64,000 nucleotides of DNA, taken from positions 32,001-96,000 of the forward strand of contig CAVVOB010000030.1 of NCBI GenBank assembly GCA_963749655.1. Direction: 5' to 3'. Made by a program: the position numbers and the translations under genes. Origin of the DNA: Nitrospirota bacterium (GTDB lineage Bacteria; Nitrospirota; UBA9217). The notes below the pieces were generated by a model. The model was not told where the DNA came from. It made no database searches and saw only the letters and a list, made by a program, of their open reading frames with translations. This document shows, piece after piece, positions 27,648 through 37,478 of the stretch; the first letter of the stretch is position 1, and the number at the start of each line of letters is the position of its first letter.

Positions 27648-29415
27648 ATGGCACTCGATCCAACGAAGCATGCAGACTGGGAAATTGCGGAAGATTCAGA
27701 AACACGAATGAAGCCGATCACCGAGATCGCGAAGAAGATGGGGCTCAACGACGACGAGCTTCTGCTGCACGGTCACTACATCGCCAAGGTGGATTTCAAG
27801 AAGGTGCTGAAGCGCTTCGAGGGCAAGCCCGACGGCAAATACATCGACGTCACGGCCATCACCCCGACGCCGCTCGGCGAAGGCAAGTCCACCTCCACCA
27901 TCGGCCTCACCCAGGGCCTGGGCAAGCGCGGCAAGAACGTGATCGCCGCGATCCGCCAGCCTTCGGGCGGCCCGACCATGAACATCAAGGGCTCGGCGGC
28001 CGGCGGCGGCCTTTCGCAGGTCATCCCGCTCACGCCGTTCTCCCTCGGCCTCACCGGCGACATCAACGCCATCATGAACGCCCACAACCTCGCCATGGTC
28101 GCGCTCACGTCGCGGATGCAGCACGAGTTCAACTACAACGACGAGCAGCTTGCGAAGACGGAAACTGAAGCGCCTCAACATCGACCCGCACAACGTGGAG
28201 ATGAAGTGGATCATGGACTTCTGCGCCCAGTCGCTGCGCGAGATCGTCATCGGCATGGGCGGCAAGACGAACGGCTTCATGATGAAGTCCGGCTTCGCCA
28301 TCGCCGTGTCGTCGGAAGTGATGGCCATCCTCGCCGTCGCCAGGGACCTGAAGGACATGCGCGAGCGCATGGGCCGGATCGTCGTGGCCTACAGCAAGGA
28401 CGGCTCCCCGGTGACGACCGAAGACCTCGACGTCGCCGGCGCCATGACCGCCTGGATGGTCGAGGCCCTGAACCCGAACCTGCTCCAGACCATCGAAGGC
28501 CAGCCCGTGTTCGTGCACGCCGGCCCCTTCGCCAATATCGCCATCGGCCAGTCCTCGATCATCGCCGACCGCATCGGCCTGAAGCTCGGCGACTACGTCG
28601 TGACCGAGTCCGGCTTTGCCGCCGACATCGGCTTCGAGAAGTTCTGGAACCTGAAGTGCCGCATCTCGGGCCTGAAGCCCCATGCCGCCGTGGTCGTCGC
28701 CACGATCCGCGCGCTCAAGTGCCACGGCGGCGCGCCCATCCCGGTGCCGGGCAAGCCCATGCCCGCGGAATACAAGGGCGAGAACGTCGGCTGGGTCGAG
28801 AAGGGCTGCGAGAACCTCATCCACCACATCAAGACCGTGAAGAAGGCGGGCATCAATCCCGTGGTCTGCATCAACGCCTTCTACACCGACACGGACAACG
28901 AGATCAAGGCCGTGCGGCAGGCTCGCCGAGGCAGCAGGCGCCCGCGTGGCCCTTTCCCGTCACTGGGAAAAGGGCGGCGACGGCGCCCTGGAATTCGCCG
29001 ACGCCGTCGTCGACGCCTGCAACGAGAAGAACGACTTCAAGCTTCCTCTATGAGCTCGATACCCCGCTCCGGAAGCGCATCGAGCTGATCGCCAAGGAAG
29101 TGTACGGCGCCGACGGCGTGGACTATACCCCTGAGGCCGAGGCAAAGGCGAAGAAGATGGAAGCGGACCCCGAGACCGCCAAGCTCGGCACCTGCATGGT
29201 GAAGACCCACCTGTCGCTCACGGACAACCCGATCCATCAAGGGCGTGCCCAAGGGCTGGAGGCTCCGCATCCGCGACATCCTGACCTACAAGGGCGCGGG
29301 CTTCGTCGTCCCGGTGGCAGGCACGATCACGCTCATGCCCGGCACGTCGTCCGACCCGGCCTATCGCCGCGTGGATGTGGATGTGGAGACGGGGAAGGTG
29401 AAAGGCGTGTTCTAA
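27648..29415 (+). CDS. fhs: Formate--tetrahydrofolate ligase (four apparent +1 frameshifts near 28157, 28917, 29042, 29232)
   Basis: [67 protein letters not shown], spread over frames. Confidence 0.93.
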
Positions 29416-29421
29416 TAAAAC

Positions 29422-29449
29422 AGTGAGAAGTAAAAAGTGAGAAGTCAGG
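29422..29449. repeat. Heptamer array AGTGAGA (single arm)
   Basis: agtgaga agtaaaa agtgaga agtcagg. Confidence 0.7.
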
Positions 29450-29456
29450 TGATGTT

Positions 29457-29493
29457 AAAAGCCCCTGCCGGATACCGCCGGCAGGGGCTTTTT
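29457..29493. terminator. Bidirectional intrinsic terminator
   Basis: aaaagcccctgccgg-atac-cgccggcaggggcttttt between convergent genes. Confidence 0.88.
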
Positions 29494-29524
29494 GTTCGGC
29501 ATCAACGATGATGGAGAAGGAGCA

Positions 29525-29860
29525 TCAATGCCATTTCGGCAGCTGCTTCTTCAGGTCCGCGCTGTACTGTGCCAGCACATGAACGCGGTCCATCAGCAGT
29601 TCCTTGGCCTTTTCGTAGAACGGCTTGACCTCTTCGACATGAATTTTCCGGTCCTTGAACGTGGCGCCGTTAAAACAGTTGACAGCCCGGTATGCATCCA
29701 CGTCCAGGGACATTTCGATGTAGCCTGAACCCCTCGGATGACGGAGCAGATCCATCAGAATTTCTACCGCCTGGACCTCTCCGATTTGTGCAAAAAAGTC
29801 CTTCAGCCGGTCTTCTGTAACATCCTTCGGCAGGTTCTCAATGTAGATTTTTGTTGCCAT
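29525..29860 (-). CDS. RRM RNA-binding protein
   Basis: MATKIYIENLP, RGSGYIEM, NGATFKDRKIHVEE. Confidence 0.85.
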   Translation of the reverse strand: MATKIYIENLPKDVTEDRLKDFFAQIGEVQAVEILMDLLRHPRGSGYIEMSLDVDAYRAVNCFNGATFKDRKIHVEEVKPFYEKAKELLMDRVHVLAQYSADLKKQLPKWH

Positions 29861-30045
29861 ACAACGTGCCTCCCTGGTAATTCTCCGACTTAATAATGAT
29901 TTTTCCCGTCTCCGGAAAAGCGAGTCAACAAAAATAGTATAGCAGAAAAAAGGCGCCCCGATGACCTGATCGTGAAATAAACGCGGCGGCATTCCGGAAG
30001 TGCTTTTCGCCGCTTGCCCATTTCCCGCATTCTCCCGCAAGCCAT

Positions 30046-30071
30046 AAAAAAAGCCGCCGGAGCGGCGGCTT
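30046..30071 (-). terminator. Intrinsic terminator
   Basis: aagccgcc-gga-gcggcggctt stem with U-tract on the minus strand. Confidence 0.75.
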
Positions 30072-30095
30072 GATCGAATACGATGTCAGGGGAGA

Positions 30096-31115
30096 CTACT
30101 GACGAAAGAGCACACGGTCCATGTCTATGTTTCTGCCGCCGATGCTTTTTTGATTATGGGCCCCCGAAAGCTTCTTTCCGTCGTCCGACATCGTGAGGTC
30201 GTAGGTCTCGGTCTTCCAGTATCCGACCACGGACCTCATTTTCCAGCGCATCTGCAGTTTCAGGTTCTTGTCGCTTATCTCGAATTGGGTGACTGCTGCG
30301 TAGCTGTCCGCGGCCCTCTTCGGCGGCGTGACCACAAGGTCCCCGGCAGCGTTCTTTTCTATCGCGAATGCCTCGATGGTGAGTTCCTCGCCGCGCAAAA
30401 CGTCCTTGAAGTACCAGGTGCCGATGAAGCTCGGAATCCTCGATTTCTTCTCGGGCGGCGGCATCTTGATGATCTTCAGCTCCGTGTCCGCGGACTCGAT
30501 GGCGAGTGACGGTTTGCCTGCGAGGGCCAGGGCTTTGCTCCCCGGGGCAGCGGGCGCGGCAGCAGGCGCCGGTTCCGGGGCAGGAGCGTTCTTCCCTGCT
30601 TTGAGGTCTTCAGCGTCGACTTCGAGGGAGTAGATCTTGTTCTTTACTTCGCGCGCGTTTTTGGCGTCGGGAGCTGCCAGCAGATAGAACTTCAGGCTCT
30701 GCAGCGCTTCAGCGTAGAGCCCCGCGCGCTCCTGGGCTATGCCCAGATTGTAATAGGCAATAGCCATCCACGGCGCGCTGTTGGCGGCAGCCCCGAATTC
30801 GGCGATGGCCTTCTGATAGCCGTTCCCGTCCGTGGCTTTCGCGAAAAAAGCCGTTCCCCGTACGAAGTTTCTTTCGGCATCTTCCGGAATGGGCGGCGCG
30901 GGCTTGATGCTTAACGCGAGATTGATGATCTTTTCGCGCAGGGCATTATCAGACGGATTCTTCCTCAGCTCTGCAGCATACTGTTTCAGCGTATCCAGAG
31001 AACCACCACCGCTTGGCTTTTTCGCCGCCGATGCGATGTTGGGCGATATGAGCAAAGCCGCCGTCAGAATGGTCGTGAGAATCTGTTTCCTTACAAACAT
31101 AATTCGCTCCTTCAT
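30096..31115 (-). CDS. Secreted TPR-containing protein
   Basis: Signal peptide; TPR APWMAIAYYNLGIAQERAG..EALQSLKFYL; Pro/Ala linker and beta-rich C-terminus. Confidence 0.75.
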   Translation of the reverse strand: MKERIMFVRKQILTTILTAALLISPNIASAAKKPSGGGSLDTLKQYAAELRKNPSDNALREKIINLALSIKPAPPIPEDAERNFVRGTAFFAKATDGNGYQKAIAEFGAAANSAPWMAIAYYNLGIAQERAGLYAEALQSLKFYLLAAPDAKNAREVKNKIYSLEVDAEDLKAGKNAPAPEPAPAAAPAAPGSKALALAGKPSLAIESADTELKIIKMPPPEKKSRIPSFIGTWYFKDVLRGEELTIEAFAIEKNAAGDLVVTPPKRAADSYAAVTQFEISDKNLKLQMRWKMRSVVGYWKTETYDLTMSDDGKKLSGAHNQKSIGGRNIDMDRVLFRQ

Positions 31116-31363
31116 TTCGACAAATGCAAAATTATTACACTATCTGCCGAAACCCGCGTATGCAAGTCATTGTTTTTTCAAATAAATGGAATCAGCATTG
31201 TTAAATATTATACGAAAGCAAGTTGAGAGTCAAGACTAGTTTCTATGAATAACGTTTTCTCCGAAATGGGGGATTTGGTGCCCTATGCACCGGATGACAG
31301 AAGTTTTACGGGAGCCGGGCAATTGACTGATTCATAAGCATCAGGAATTAAGATATAGTATAA

Positions 31364-32359
31364 TTGTTGATATTGGAAATTGTAAGGATGTGTGCGATGA
31401 GACTGCCATTCAGTTTCAACATGTTGCAAATAGTCGTCCTACTGATGAGTCTTTTCGCCATATTGCCTTCCGGCTGCTCCAACGACACCCCCACCCAGGT
31501 CCGTCTTGAAAAAAAAGAGCCTGTAAAAAAGCTTTCAGAAAAACAGCCGCGCTTGGAGAATACGCTGCGGATCGCGGTCGGCGGCATGATAACGCCGAAA
31601 GCCGGTTTTGGCTATTATCGCCAGTTCCTTGACTATCTGGGCGAAAAGATGGGCATGAACGTGGAGTTCGTGGACCGCGACGATTATGCGGCCATCAACA
31701 GGCTTGTGAAGACCGGCGCCGTAGACGCTGCATTCGTCTGCGGGGGGCCGTACGTCGATGGTCACGACTCTTTTGGGATGGAGCTTCTTGCAGCACCGAA
31801 GGCGTATGGGAAGACCGTGTACTATTCCTACATCATCGTTCGGCACGACAGTGCGGCTGCGGGGCTTTCCGATCTGCGGGGAAAGAAATTCGCGTTCACC
31901 GATCCGCTTTCGAACTCAGGCGCCCTTGTGCCGACGTACATGCTGGCAAAGATGAACGAAACCCCGGCGTCCTTTTTCGGCTCCCTGGTGTACACGCATT
32001 CCCACGACGGCTCCATCAAAGCCGTGGCCGAGGGAATCGTCGACGGCGCTGCTGTCGACAGCCTGATCTGGCATTACCTGGAAAGAACGAACCCGGAGTT
32101 CACGTCTCTGGCCAAAGTTATTCAGAAGTCCCCGCCCTACGGCATTCCGCCGGTGGTTGTTCCCAAAGAACTCGATCCTCAGCTCAAAGAGAGACTGCGC
32201 GCAGTGCTGTTGAATGCCCACCGTGACGACAAAGGCCGGGCCATTCTCCACGGCATGATGATCGACCGGTTCGTGCCCATCAACGATTCCGCCTACGATT
32301 CCATCAGGACCATGAAGGTCTGGGTGGCCCAGCATAGTAAGAAAACGGCGGGCAAATAG
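31364..32359 (+). CDS. PhnD-fold periplasmic oxyanion-binding lipoprotein, AioX/ArxX-like
   Basis: Lipobox-like LPSGC; DAAFVCGGPYV, YYSYIIV, DLRGKKFAFTDPLSNSG, AVAEGIVDGAAVD, YGIPP; start may lie downstream. Confidence 0.85.
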   Translation: MLILEIVRMCAMRLPFSFNMLQIVVLLMSLFAILPSGCSNDTPTQVRLEKKEPVKKLSEKQPRLENTLRIAVGGMITPKAGFGYYRQFLDYLGEKMGMNVEFVDRDDYAAINRLVKTGAVDAAFVCGGPYVDGHDSFGMELLAAPKAYGKTVYYSYIIVRHDSAAAGLSDLRGKKFAFTDPLSNSGALVPTYMLAKMNETPASFFGSLVYTHSHDGSIKAVAEGIVDGAAVDSLIWHYLERTNPEFTSLAKVIQKSPPYGIPPVVVPKELDPQLKERLRAVLLNAHRDDKGRAILHGMMIDRFVPINDSAYDSIRTMKVWVAQHSKKTAGK

Positions 32360-32362
32360 CCC

Positions 32363-33700
32363 ATGGGCAAGGCCGGGCTTACCATAAAGATCTTCATGGC
32401 CACGATCGCGATCGTCCTGTTCTTCGCGCTGGTCATGATCGTGTTCGCCAGGACCGTCCTCACCAGCACCCTCTACCGCACCCTCCAGAAGCGGGGCGTC
32501 AGCATCGCGAAAAACATCGCCCAGAACAGCCTGAACCTGCTCCTCACCGAACGCTACGTCGAGCTCGAGCTGTTGGTCCGGGAACAGCAGGAATCGTCAG
32601 AAGACATCGAGTACATCTATCTTCTGAATGCGCGGGGAGACGTTGCCGCGGACACGTTTCATGGCGGATTTCCAGCAGACCTGAGAGACGTGAACCGGCC
32701 CAGGCCGGGACAGCAGGTGAGCATCCTGCGGCTCGACAGCGAGAAGGGGGTATTGTTCGACATCGCCGTCCCCCTTCTCAACGGCTCCGCCGGCGTGGCG
32801 CATGTGGGCATGTCCGAGTTTCCGGTGAAAAGGGACGTGGAGCATGTCATCCGGCTCATCATCGGGATCGTCGTCATCGTGCTGGTCATCGGGATGGCCG
32901 TTGCCGCGGCCCTTTCCGCGAGAATAACCAGGCCCCTCCGCGAGCTTGCGTCCGCCACGGTCGCCGTGCGCCACGGCAATCTGGCGGCGCGGGTCAAGGT
33001 CCGCTCAGAGGACGAGCTCGGCAACCTGGGGCAGGCGTTCAACGAAATGCTTGATGCGCGCCAGCAGGCCGAAGAAGGACTGAAAAAAAGCGAGCGCAAG
33101 CTGCGCGACATCACGGCCAGTCTGGGAGAGGGCGTCGTCGTGCTCGACGAAAAGGGGACCCTCGTATTCATGAACCCGGAAGCGGAGCAGCTGCTGGGGT
33201 GGAGCGAAGCGGACCTTGCGGGCAGGGATGTTCATGGGCTCGTACATCCTCATAAGACGGACGGAACTCCCCTGACGAGGGAAGAGTGTCCCTGTTTCAG
33301 GGCGCTCGCCATGGGCCAGACGATAGTGATCGATGACGACATCTTCATCCGCAAGGACGGGTCGCGCATTCCCGTTGCCTATATTTCCGCGCCGATCATG
33401 GAGAACGGCAAGGCGACGGCGATCGTGATCGCCTTTCGCGACATCACCCGGCAAAAGCAATATACGGCCGACCGGGAGCAGCTCATTCTTGCCTATGAGG
33501 ACGCGCTCGCGAACATCAAGACCCTCAAGGGCATGATGCCGATCTGCGCGTCCTGCAAAAGGATCCGCGACGATAAAGGCTACTGGAACCAGATAGAAAG
33601 CTATATCCGGGAGCACTCGGACGCCGAGTTCAGCCACGGCCTCTGCCCCGAATGCGCGCAGAGGATCTATCCCCAGTATTACAAAAAGGACGAAACTTGA
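32363..33700 (+). CDS. Membrane sensor: 2 TM, HAMP, PAS, C-terminal Cys/His domain, no kinase domain
   Basis: HAMP RITRPL...DELGNLGQAFNEM; PAS MNPEAEQLLGW..RKDGSRIPV; C-terminus PICASCKRIRDDKGYW..FSHGLCPEC. Confidence 0.85.
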   Translation: MGKAGLTIKIFMATIAIVLFFALVMIVFARTVLTSTLYRTLQKRGVSIAKNIAQNSLNLLLTERYVELELLVREQQESSEDIEYIYLLNARGDVAADTFHGGFPADLRDVNRPRPGQQVSILRLDSEKGVLFDIAVPLLNGSAGVAHVGMSEFPVKRDVEHVIRLIIGIVVIVLVIGMAVAAALSARITRPLRELASATVAVRHGNLAARVKVRSEDELGNLGQAFNEMLDARQQAEEGLKKSERKLRDITASLGEGVVVLDEKGTLVFMNPEAEQLLGWSEADLAGRDVHGLVHPHKTDGTPLTREECPCFRALAMGQTIVIDDDIFIRKDGSRIPVAYISAPIMENGKATAIVIAFRDITRQKQYTADREQLILAYEDALANIKTLKGMMPICASCKRIRDDKGYWNQIESYIREHSDAEFSHGLCPECAQRIYPQYYKKDET

Positions 33701-33732
33701 CAGCCCGCAGATGCCGGAGGGATAATTTCTTC

Positions 33733-34281
33733 ATGAAACGAGCGCTGCTGTCTATAATCGCCCTGGTTGTCCTTGCCGCCTGCGCGCCTGTCCTGGACCA
33801 ACAGCTGATGAGGGCGGGGACGCGCGAAGTGCCTTTTAACAGGCTCGAGGCAGCGCCAACGGAGTACAAGGGAAGGCTGTACATTCTCGGCGGGATGATT
33901 GTAGGCACCCGTTTGACGGAAGCAGGGTCCCAGATCGAGGCGCTCTACGCGCCGGTGGACAGCCGGGGGTATCTCGAGGAAGGTGGGCAGCTCAGGGGCA
34001 GGTTCTTCGCGATCTATCCGCGGTCAAAGGGCATGCTCGATCCCGAGATCTACCGGAAGGGGAGGCAGATCACCCTTGCAGGCGAGTTCGTTGATGTAAA
34101 AAAGGGGAAGATCGATGAGATGGAATACCTTTATCCCGTGTTCGAGATAAAACAGATCTACCTCTGGTCAGAGTATCGGCATTACGATTATCCGCCCTAT
34201 CCCTACTATTACTCCCCGCCCTTCCTGTACGATCCCTGGGGGAGGCCCTATCCGAATCCGTACTGGCCGCCGCCGTGGTAG
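33733..34281 (+). CDS. Slp-family outer-membrane lipoprotein
   Basis: LAAC lipobox, LGGMIV, GRFFA, LDPEIYRKGRQITLAG, YLYPV, Tyr/Pro-rich tail. Confidence 0.85.
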   Translation: MKRALLSIIALVVLAACAPVLDQQLMRAGTREVPFNRLEAAPTEYKGRLYILGGMIVGTRLTEAGSQIEALYAPVDSRGYLEEGGQLRGRFFAIYPRSKGMLDPEIYRKGRQITLAGEFVDVKKGKIDEMEYLYPVFEIKQIYLWSEYRHYDYPPYPYYYSPPFLYDPWGRPYPNPYWPPPW

Positions 34282-34286
34282 CGGCT

Positions 34287-34526
34287 TCATGGCGACAGGT
34301 GCTGCCATTCGAGCGATGCTTCGTCGTAGCGGATGCGGTGTTGGATTCCGTCACTGCCTTTGACCTCGAAATAGCGCATCAGGACCCGGTCTTCCAGACT
34401 TTCTTCGAGCCAATGATCGAGGACCTCCACAACATCGATGCGGAGCCCGCGAAGAGCGAAGGTCACGGGCCGTTCGTTGCCGATGCGGCCTGAGTAGCTT
34501 ATGACATCGATCCGTTCGATATGCAT
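34287..34526 (-). CDS. Small conserved hypothetical protein
   Basis: VISYSGRIGNERPVTF...VVEVLDHW...RYFEVKGSDG..HRIRYD..W. Confidence 0.6.
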   Translation of the reverse strand: MHIERIDVISYSGRIGNERPVTFALRGLRIDVVEVLDHWLEESLEDRVLMRYFEVKGSDGIQHRIRYDEASLEWQHLSP

Positions 34527-34658
34527 GGGCGCCTTTCCGGCTTTGCCTGTAATTTGGTGTAAAGCGCAACTATCATCAGAAACAAGCTGTTGAGACAATC
34601 ATAGAACAAAAATAGGATTGTTGCAGACTATCGAAGCGCGAGGGATTTCCGGACTACT

Positions 34659-34689
34659 AACTTAAAACTAAAAACTCAGAACTCAAAAC
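34659..34689. repeat. Heptamer array AACT(C/A/T)AA (single arm)
   Basis: aacttaa aactaaa aactcag aactcaa aac. Confidence 0.7.
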
Positions 34690-34715
34690 GCTTTTTTGCT
34701 GAGCGGGAGGATGAA

Positions 34716-34886
34716 ATGATCTCACCTGAAACGATATATGACACCGTTGCCAAACTTGGCAAGACGCCGTGCTATCTCCTCCGTCACCCCTGGAACCAGA
34801 ACAAATCAGTGGTCGAAGGCGTTGAATGGGTTGATACGTGGAGCGAATTAACAAAAAGACTCTTGGCAAGAGTTGATACCAAATAA
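34716..34886 (+). pseudogene. 56-aa ORF resembling the C-terminus of HAD 5'(3')-deoxyribonucleotidase-like proteins
   Basis: MISPETIYDTVAKLGKTPCYLLRHPWNQNKSVVEGVEWVDTWSEL; PWN...V..W.E pattern; GGAGG upstream. Confidence 0.35.
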
Positions 34887-34999
34887 CGGCACATTAGGGG
34901 GGAGGCACAGGCAATGGGGTTTTGAATCGGATGATATTACTTCAAAAGCTCAGGACACCAAGGGGACATACTATGTCGCTCCTGTCAAGTGTAGCTGTC

Positions 35000-35208
35000 A
35001 GCGGGTCAGACATCAGAAATTAAGTTATTGTTATAACCGTTGAACCTACCTTCCTACTTCTTCAACACCGTCCTCTTCTCCTCCAGTTCTTCCCCTTCGA
35101 AGGAAGGATTAGCGGGTCAGACATCAGAAATTAAGTTATCGTTATAAGAGTTGGACCTATCTTCCTACTTCTTCAACATCGTCCTCTTCCTCCAGTTTTT
35201 CCCCTTCG
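35000..35208. repeat. ~100 bp imperfect tandem duplication including the nadB 3' end
   Basis: agcgggtcagacatcagaaattaagttat...ctacttcttcaaca..gtcctcttc..ccag..ttccccttcg at 35000-35099 and 35111-35208. Confidence 0.92.
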
Positions 35209-36736
35209 CGGGAAAGTCCATCCTATAATGCGCGCCGACGCTGCCTTCGCGGAGCAGGGCCGAGCGGGTGATGAGCGTCGAAGCAAGGATCATATTCTTG
35301 AGCTCGAAAATAGTGCGATCGCAGCACAGGTTTTTGGTCATGCGGTCCCACTTCCGCAGTTGCTTGAGCGCGACAGTCAGGTCCTTCTTGTTCCGCACGA
35401 TCCCTGCTTTTTCCCACATAAGCTTCTTGAGTGCAGCGCGAATATTGGCGATGTCCCGCGTTGTCGCGGAAGAACTGGATTCTTTTTCAGACAACAGGGA
35501 GAGTTTTGACAGGTCTTTCCGGTCAGGATGCTTCCGCGCATACCGCGCGGCAGCCAGCCCCGCACGCTCGCCGTAGACCAGGCCTTCCAATAATGAGTTG
35601 CTGGCAAGACGGTTTGCTCCGTGCACGCCGGTGCAGGCTGTTTCGCCTGCCGCGTACAGACCCGGGATGGTAGTGGCTCCCCAGAGGTCGGTTCTCACAC
35701 CGCCCATCATGTAGTGGGCCGCGGGGGACACGGGAATGGGCTCTGAAGTGATGTCGATGCCGAGGTCTTTGCAGGTCCGGTAAATGCGCGGAAAGCGCTT
35801 CATTATATAATCAGCGTTCAAATGGGTCATGTCCAGATATACGTGGCTTGATCCAGTTGCATGCATCTCGGAATGAATGGCGCGGGTGACCACGTCGCGC
35901 GGGGCAAGCTCCCGCGCGGGATGGTAGCTGTCCATGAAGCGGAGCCCCTGGACGTTCCTGAGCATGCCGCCTTCGCCCCGCATGGCCTCGGAGAGCAGGA
36001 ACTGCGGAGCGCCTTTGCGATACAATGCGGTCGGGTGGAACTGGACGAACTCCATATCCACGAGCTCGGCGCCGGCGCGGAAGGCCATGGCCATGCCGTC
36101 GCCCGTGGCAACGGCGGGATTCGTCGTTCTTTCGTAGAGCTGTCCCGATCCGCCGGTGGCGAGCAGCACGGCCCGGGCTGAAATAACGAGCACCTTTTTC
36201 AGCTTCTGCTGGCAGACCACGGCGCCGACGCAGCGTCCATCCCGGATGATCAGGTCCCGTGTAAAGGCGAAGTCGATCTTGGATACGGTCTGCGTTGCAC
36301 GCACCTTGTCGATCAAAACGCGCATGATCTCCTTGCCCGTCGAGTCGCCCTGGGCATGGAGAATCCTCCGTTTGGAGTGGGCCGCTTCCTGCGTGAAGGC
36401 GAGCCTGGTGCCTTCCTTGTCGAATTCCGCGCCCCAGAAGATGAGCTCGCGGATGCGCGTAGGGCCTTCTTCCACGAGGGTGCCCACGGCCTTGCGGATG
36501 CAGAGGCCGTCGCCGGCCTTTATCGTGTCGTCGAAATGGATCGAGATCTCGTCTTCATCGGAAAGCGCCACGGCAACGCCGCCCTGGGCATATTCGCTGC
36601 TGCTCTCCGTGGGCGCGTCCTTGGTCACGACGAGCACGTCGCCGTTCTGCGCAAGCTCGAGCGCCGCCCGGAGCCCGGCCACGCCGCCGCCGATGATCAG
36701 GAAATCGGTTGATATGTGTTCGGTCGCGTAGTTCAT
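35165..36736 (-). CDS. nadB: L-aspartate oxidase
   Basis: GGGVAGL, SEYAQGG, EAAHSKRRILHA.GDSTG, EFVQFHPT, ELAPRDVV, HGANRLASNSLLEGLV; start at ATG 36736. Confidence 0.96.
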   Translation of the reverse strand: MNYATEHISTDFLIIGGGVAGLRAALELAQNGDVLVVTKDAPTESSSEYAQGGVAVALSDEDEISIHFDDTIKAGDGLCIRKAVGTLVEEGPTRIRELIFWGAEFDKEGTRLAFTQEAAHSKRRILHAQGDSTGKEIMRVLIDKVRATQTVSKIDFAFTRDLIIRDGRCVGAVVCQQKLKKVLVISARAVLLATGGSGQLYERTTNPAVATGDGMAMAFRAGAELVDMEFVQFHPTALYRKGAPQFLLSEAMRGEGGMLRNVQGLRFMDSYHPARELAPRDVVTRAIHSEMHATGSSHVYLDMTHLNADYIMKRFPRIYRTCKDLGIDITSEPIPVSPAAHYMMGGVRTDLWGATTIPGLYAAGETACTGVHGANRLASNSLLEGLVYGERAGLAAARYARKHPDRKDLSKLSLLSEKESSSSATTRDIANIRAALKKLMWEKAGIVRNKKDLTVALKQLRKWDRMTKNLCCDRTIFELKNMILASTLITRSALLREGSVGAHYRMDFPAKGKNWRKRTMLKK

Positions 36737-36743
36737 TTCGAAT

Positions 36744-36824
36744 GCGGAATGCATGGGGCAGAGTGCAGAGGGCATGAGGGGAAATACCGACGTTACCCTG
36801 TGCTCGTTGCTCTCTGCGCTATGC
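36744..36824. repeat. Inverted heptamer arms GCAGAGN / NCTCTGC
   Basis: gcggaat gcatggg gcagagt gcagagg gcatgag ... cctgtgc tcgttgc tctctgc gctatgc. Confidence 0.85.
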
Positions 36825-36827
36825 CGG

Positions 36828-37298
36828 TCATTTTCCCGGAGTCTGCCCCGGCTGAGGGACAAAGGGGTTCTTGCCGTCGATCGAGACGAGCTTGTAGTCC
36901 TTCGGTTCGAACACAAGGGTCACCCGCGCGCCGTCTTTCTGGCTCGCACCGTCCGCAGCCACCCACTCCGCCTCGCAGGTGAAGGTCGGTTTGATCTGTC
37001 CCGCCTGATCCATTAGGATGATCATCTTGGAGTAATTGATGGAGAGATGGACGGTCTTATACCGGGTGAACACCGCGCCCAGCGACTTGGAAAAAGCATC
37101 GCGGCCCTTGTAGGCGCCGGACACATCGTCCATGAAGGCGTTGAGATTCTTTGCATCGTAGGACTTGTTCAGCGATCGGAGAACGGAAAGGACATCCCTG
37201 CTTTTGGCCAGCTCCTGGCCGGGAGCTTTCTTGTCGCTGCAGGAGGAAAAAAGAACGAGTACGACAATGAGTGCTGCGAGGGAGAGCATGCGTTTCAT
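36828..37298 (-). CDS. Hypothetical lipoprotein (possible NTF2-like fold)
   Basis: MKRMLSLAALIVVLVLFSSC lipobox; GGAGG RBS. Confidence 0.75.
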   Translation of the reverse strand: MKRMLSLAALIVVLVLFSSCSDKKAPGQELAKSRDVLSVLRSLNKSYDAKNLNAFMDDVSGAYKGRDAFSKSLGAVFTRYKTVHLSINYSKMIILMDQAGQIKPTFTCEAEWVAADGASQKDGARVTLVFEPKDYKLVSIDGKNPFVPQPGQTPGK

Positions 37299-37324
37299 GG
37301 GGCCTCCGGAAGGTTCAAAACTCA

Positions 37325-37432
37325 GTTTCGAGTTTCGGGGTTGGTTCTGGTTGTCGGGTTCGGGTTCTGGTTCTGGATTCGGGAGTTTGAGTTTTTAGTT
37401 TTGAGTTTCAAGCTTCAGGTTTCACGTTTAGA
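37325..37432. repeat. Mixed 7-mer (GTTTCNA) and 6-mer (TTC(T/G)GG) tandem array
   Basis: gtttcga gtttcgg ... ttcggg ttctgg ttctgg ... gttttta gttttga gtttcaa gcttcag gtttcac gtttaga. Confidence 0.8.
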
Positions 37433-37478
37433 ACGATAGATATCATTCCACATTGGTCTGGAGGCTTCTGATTCGCCA

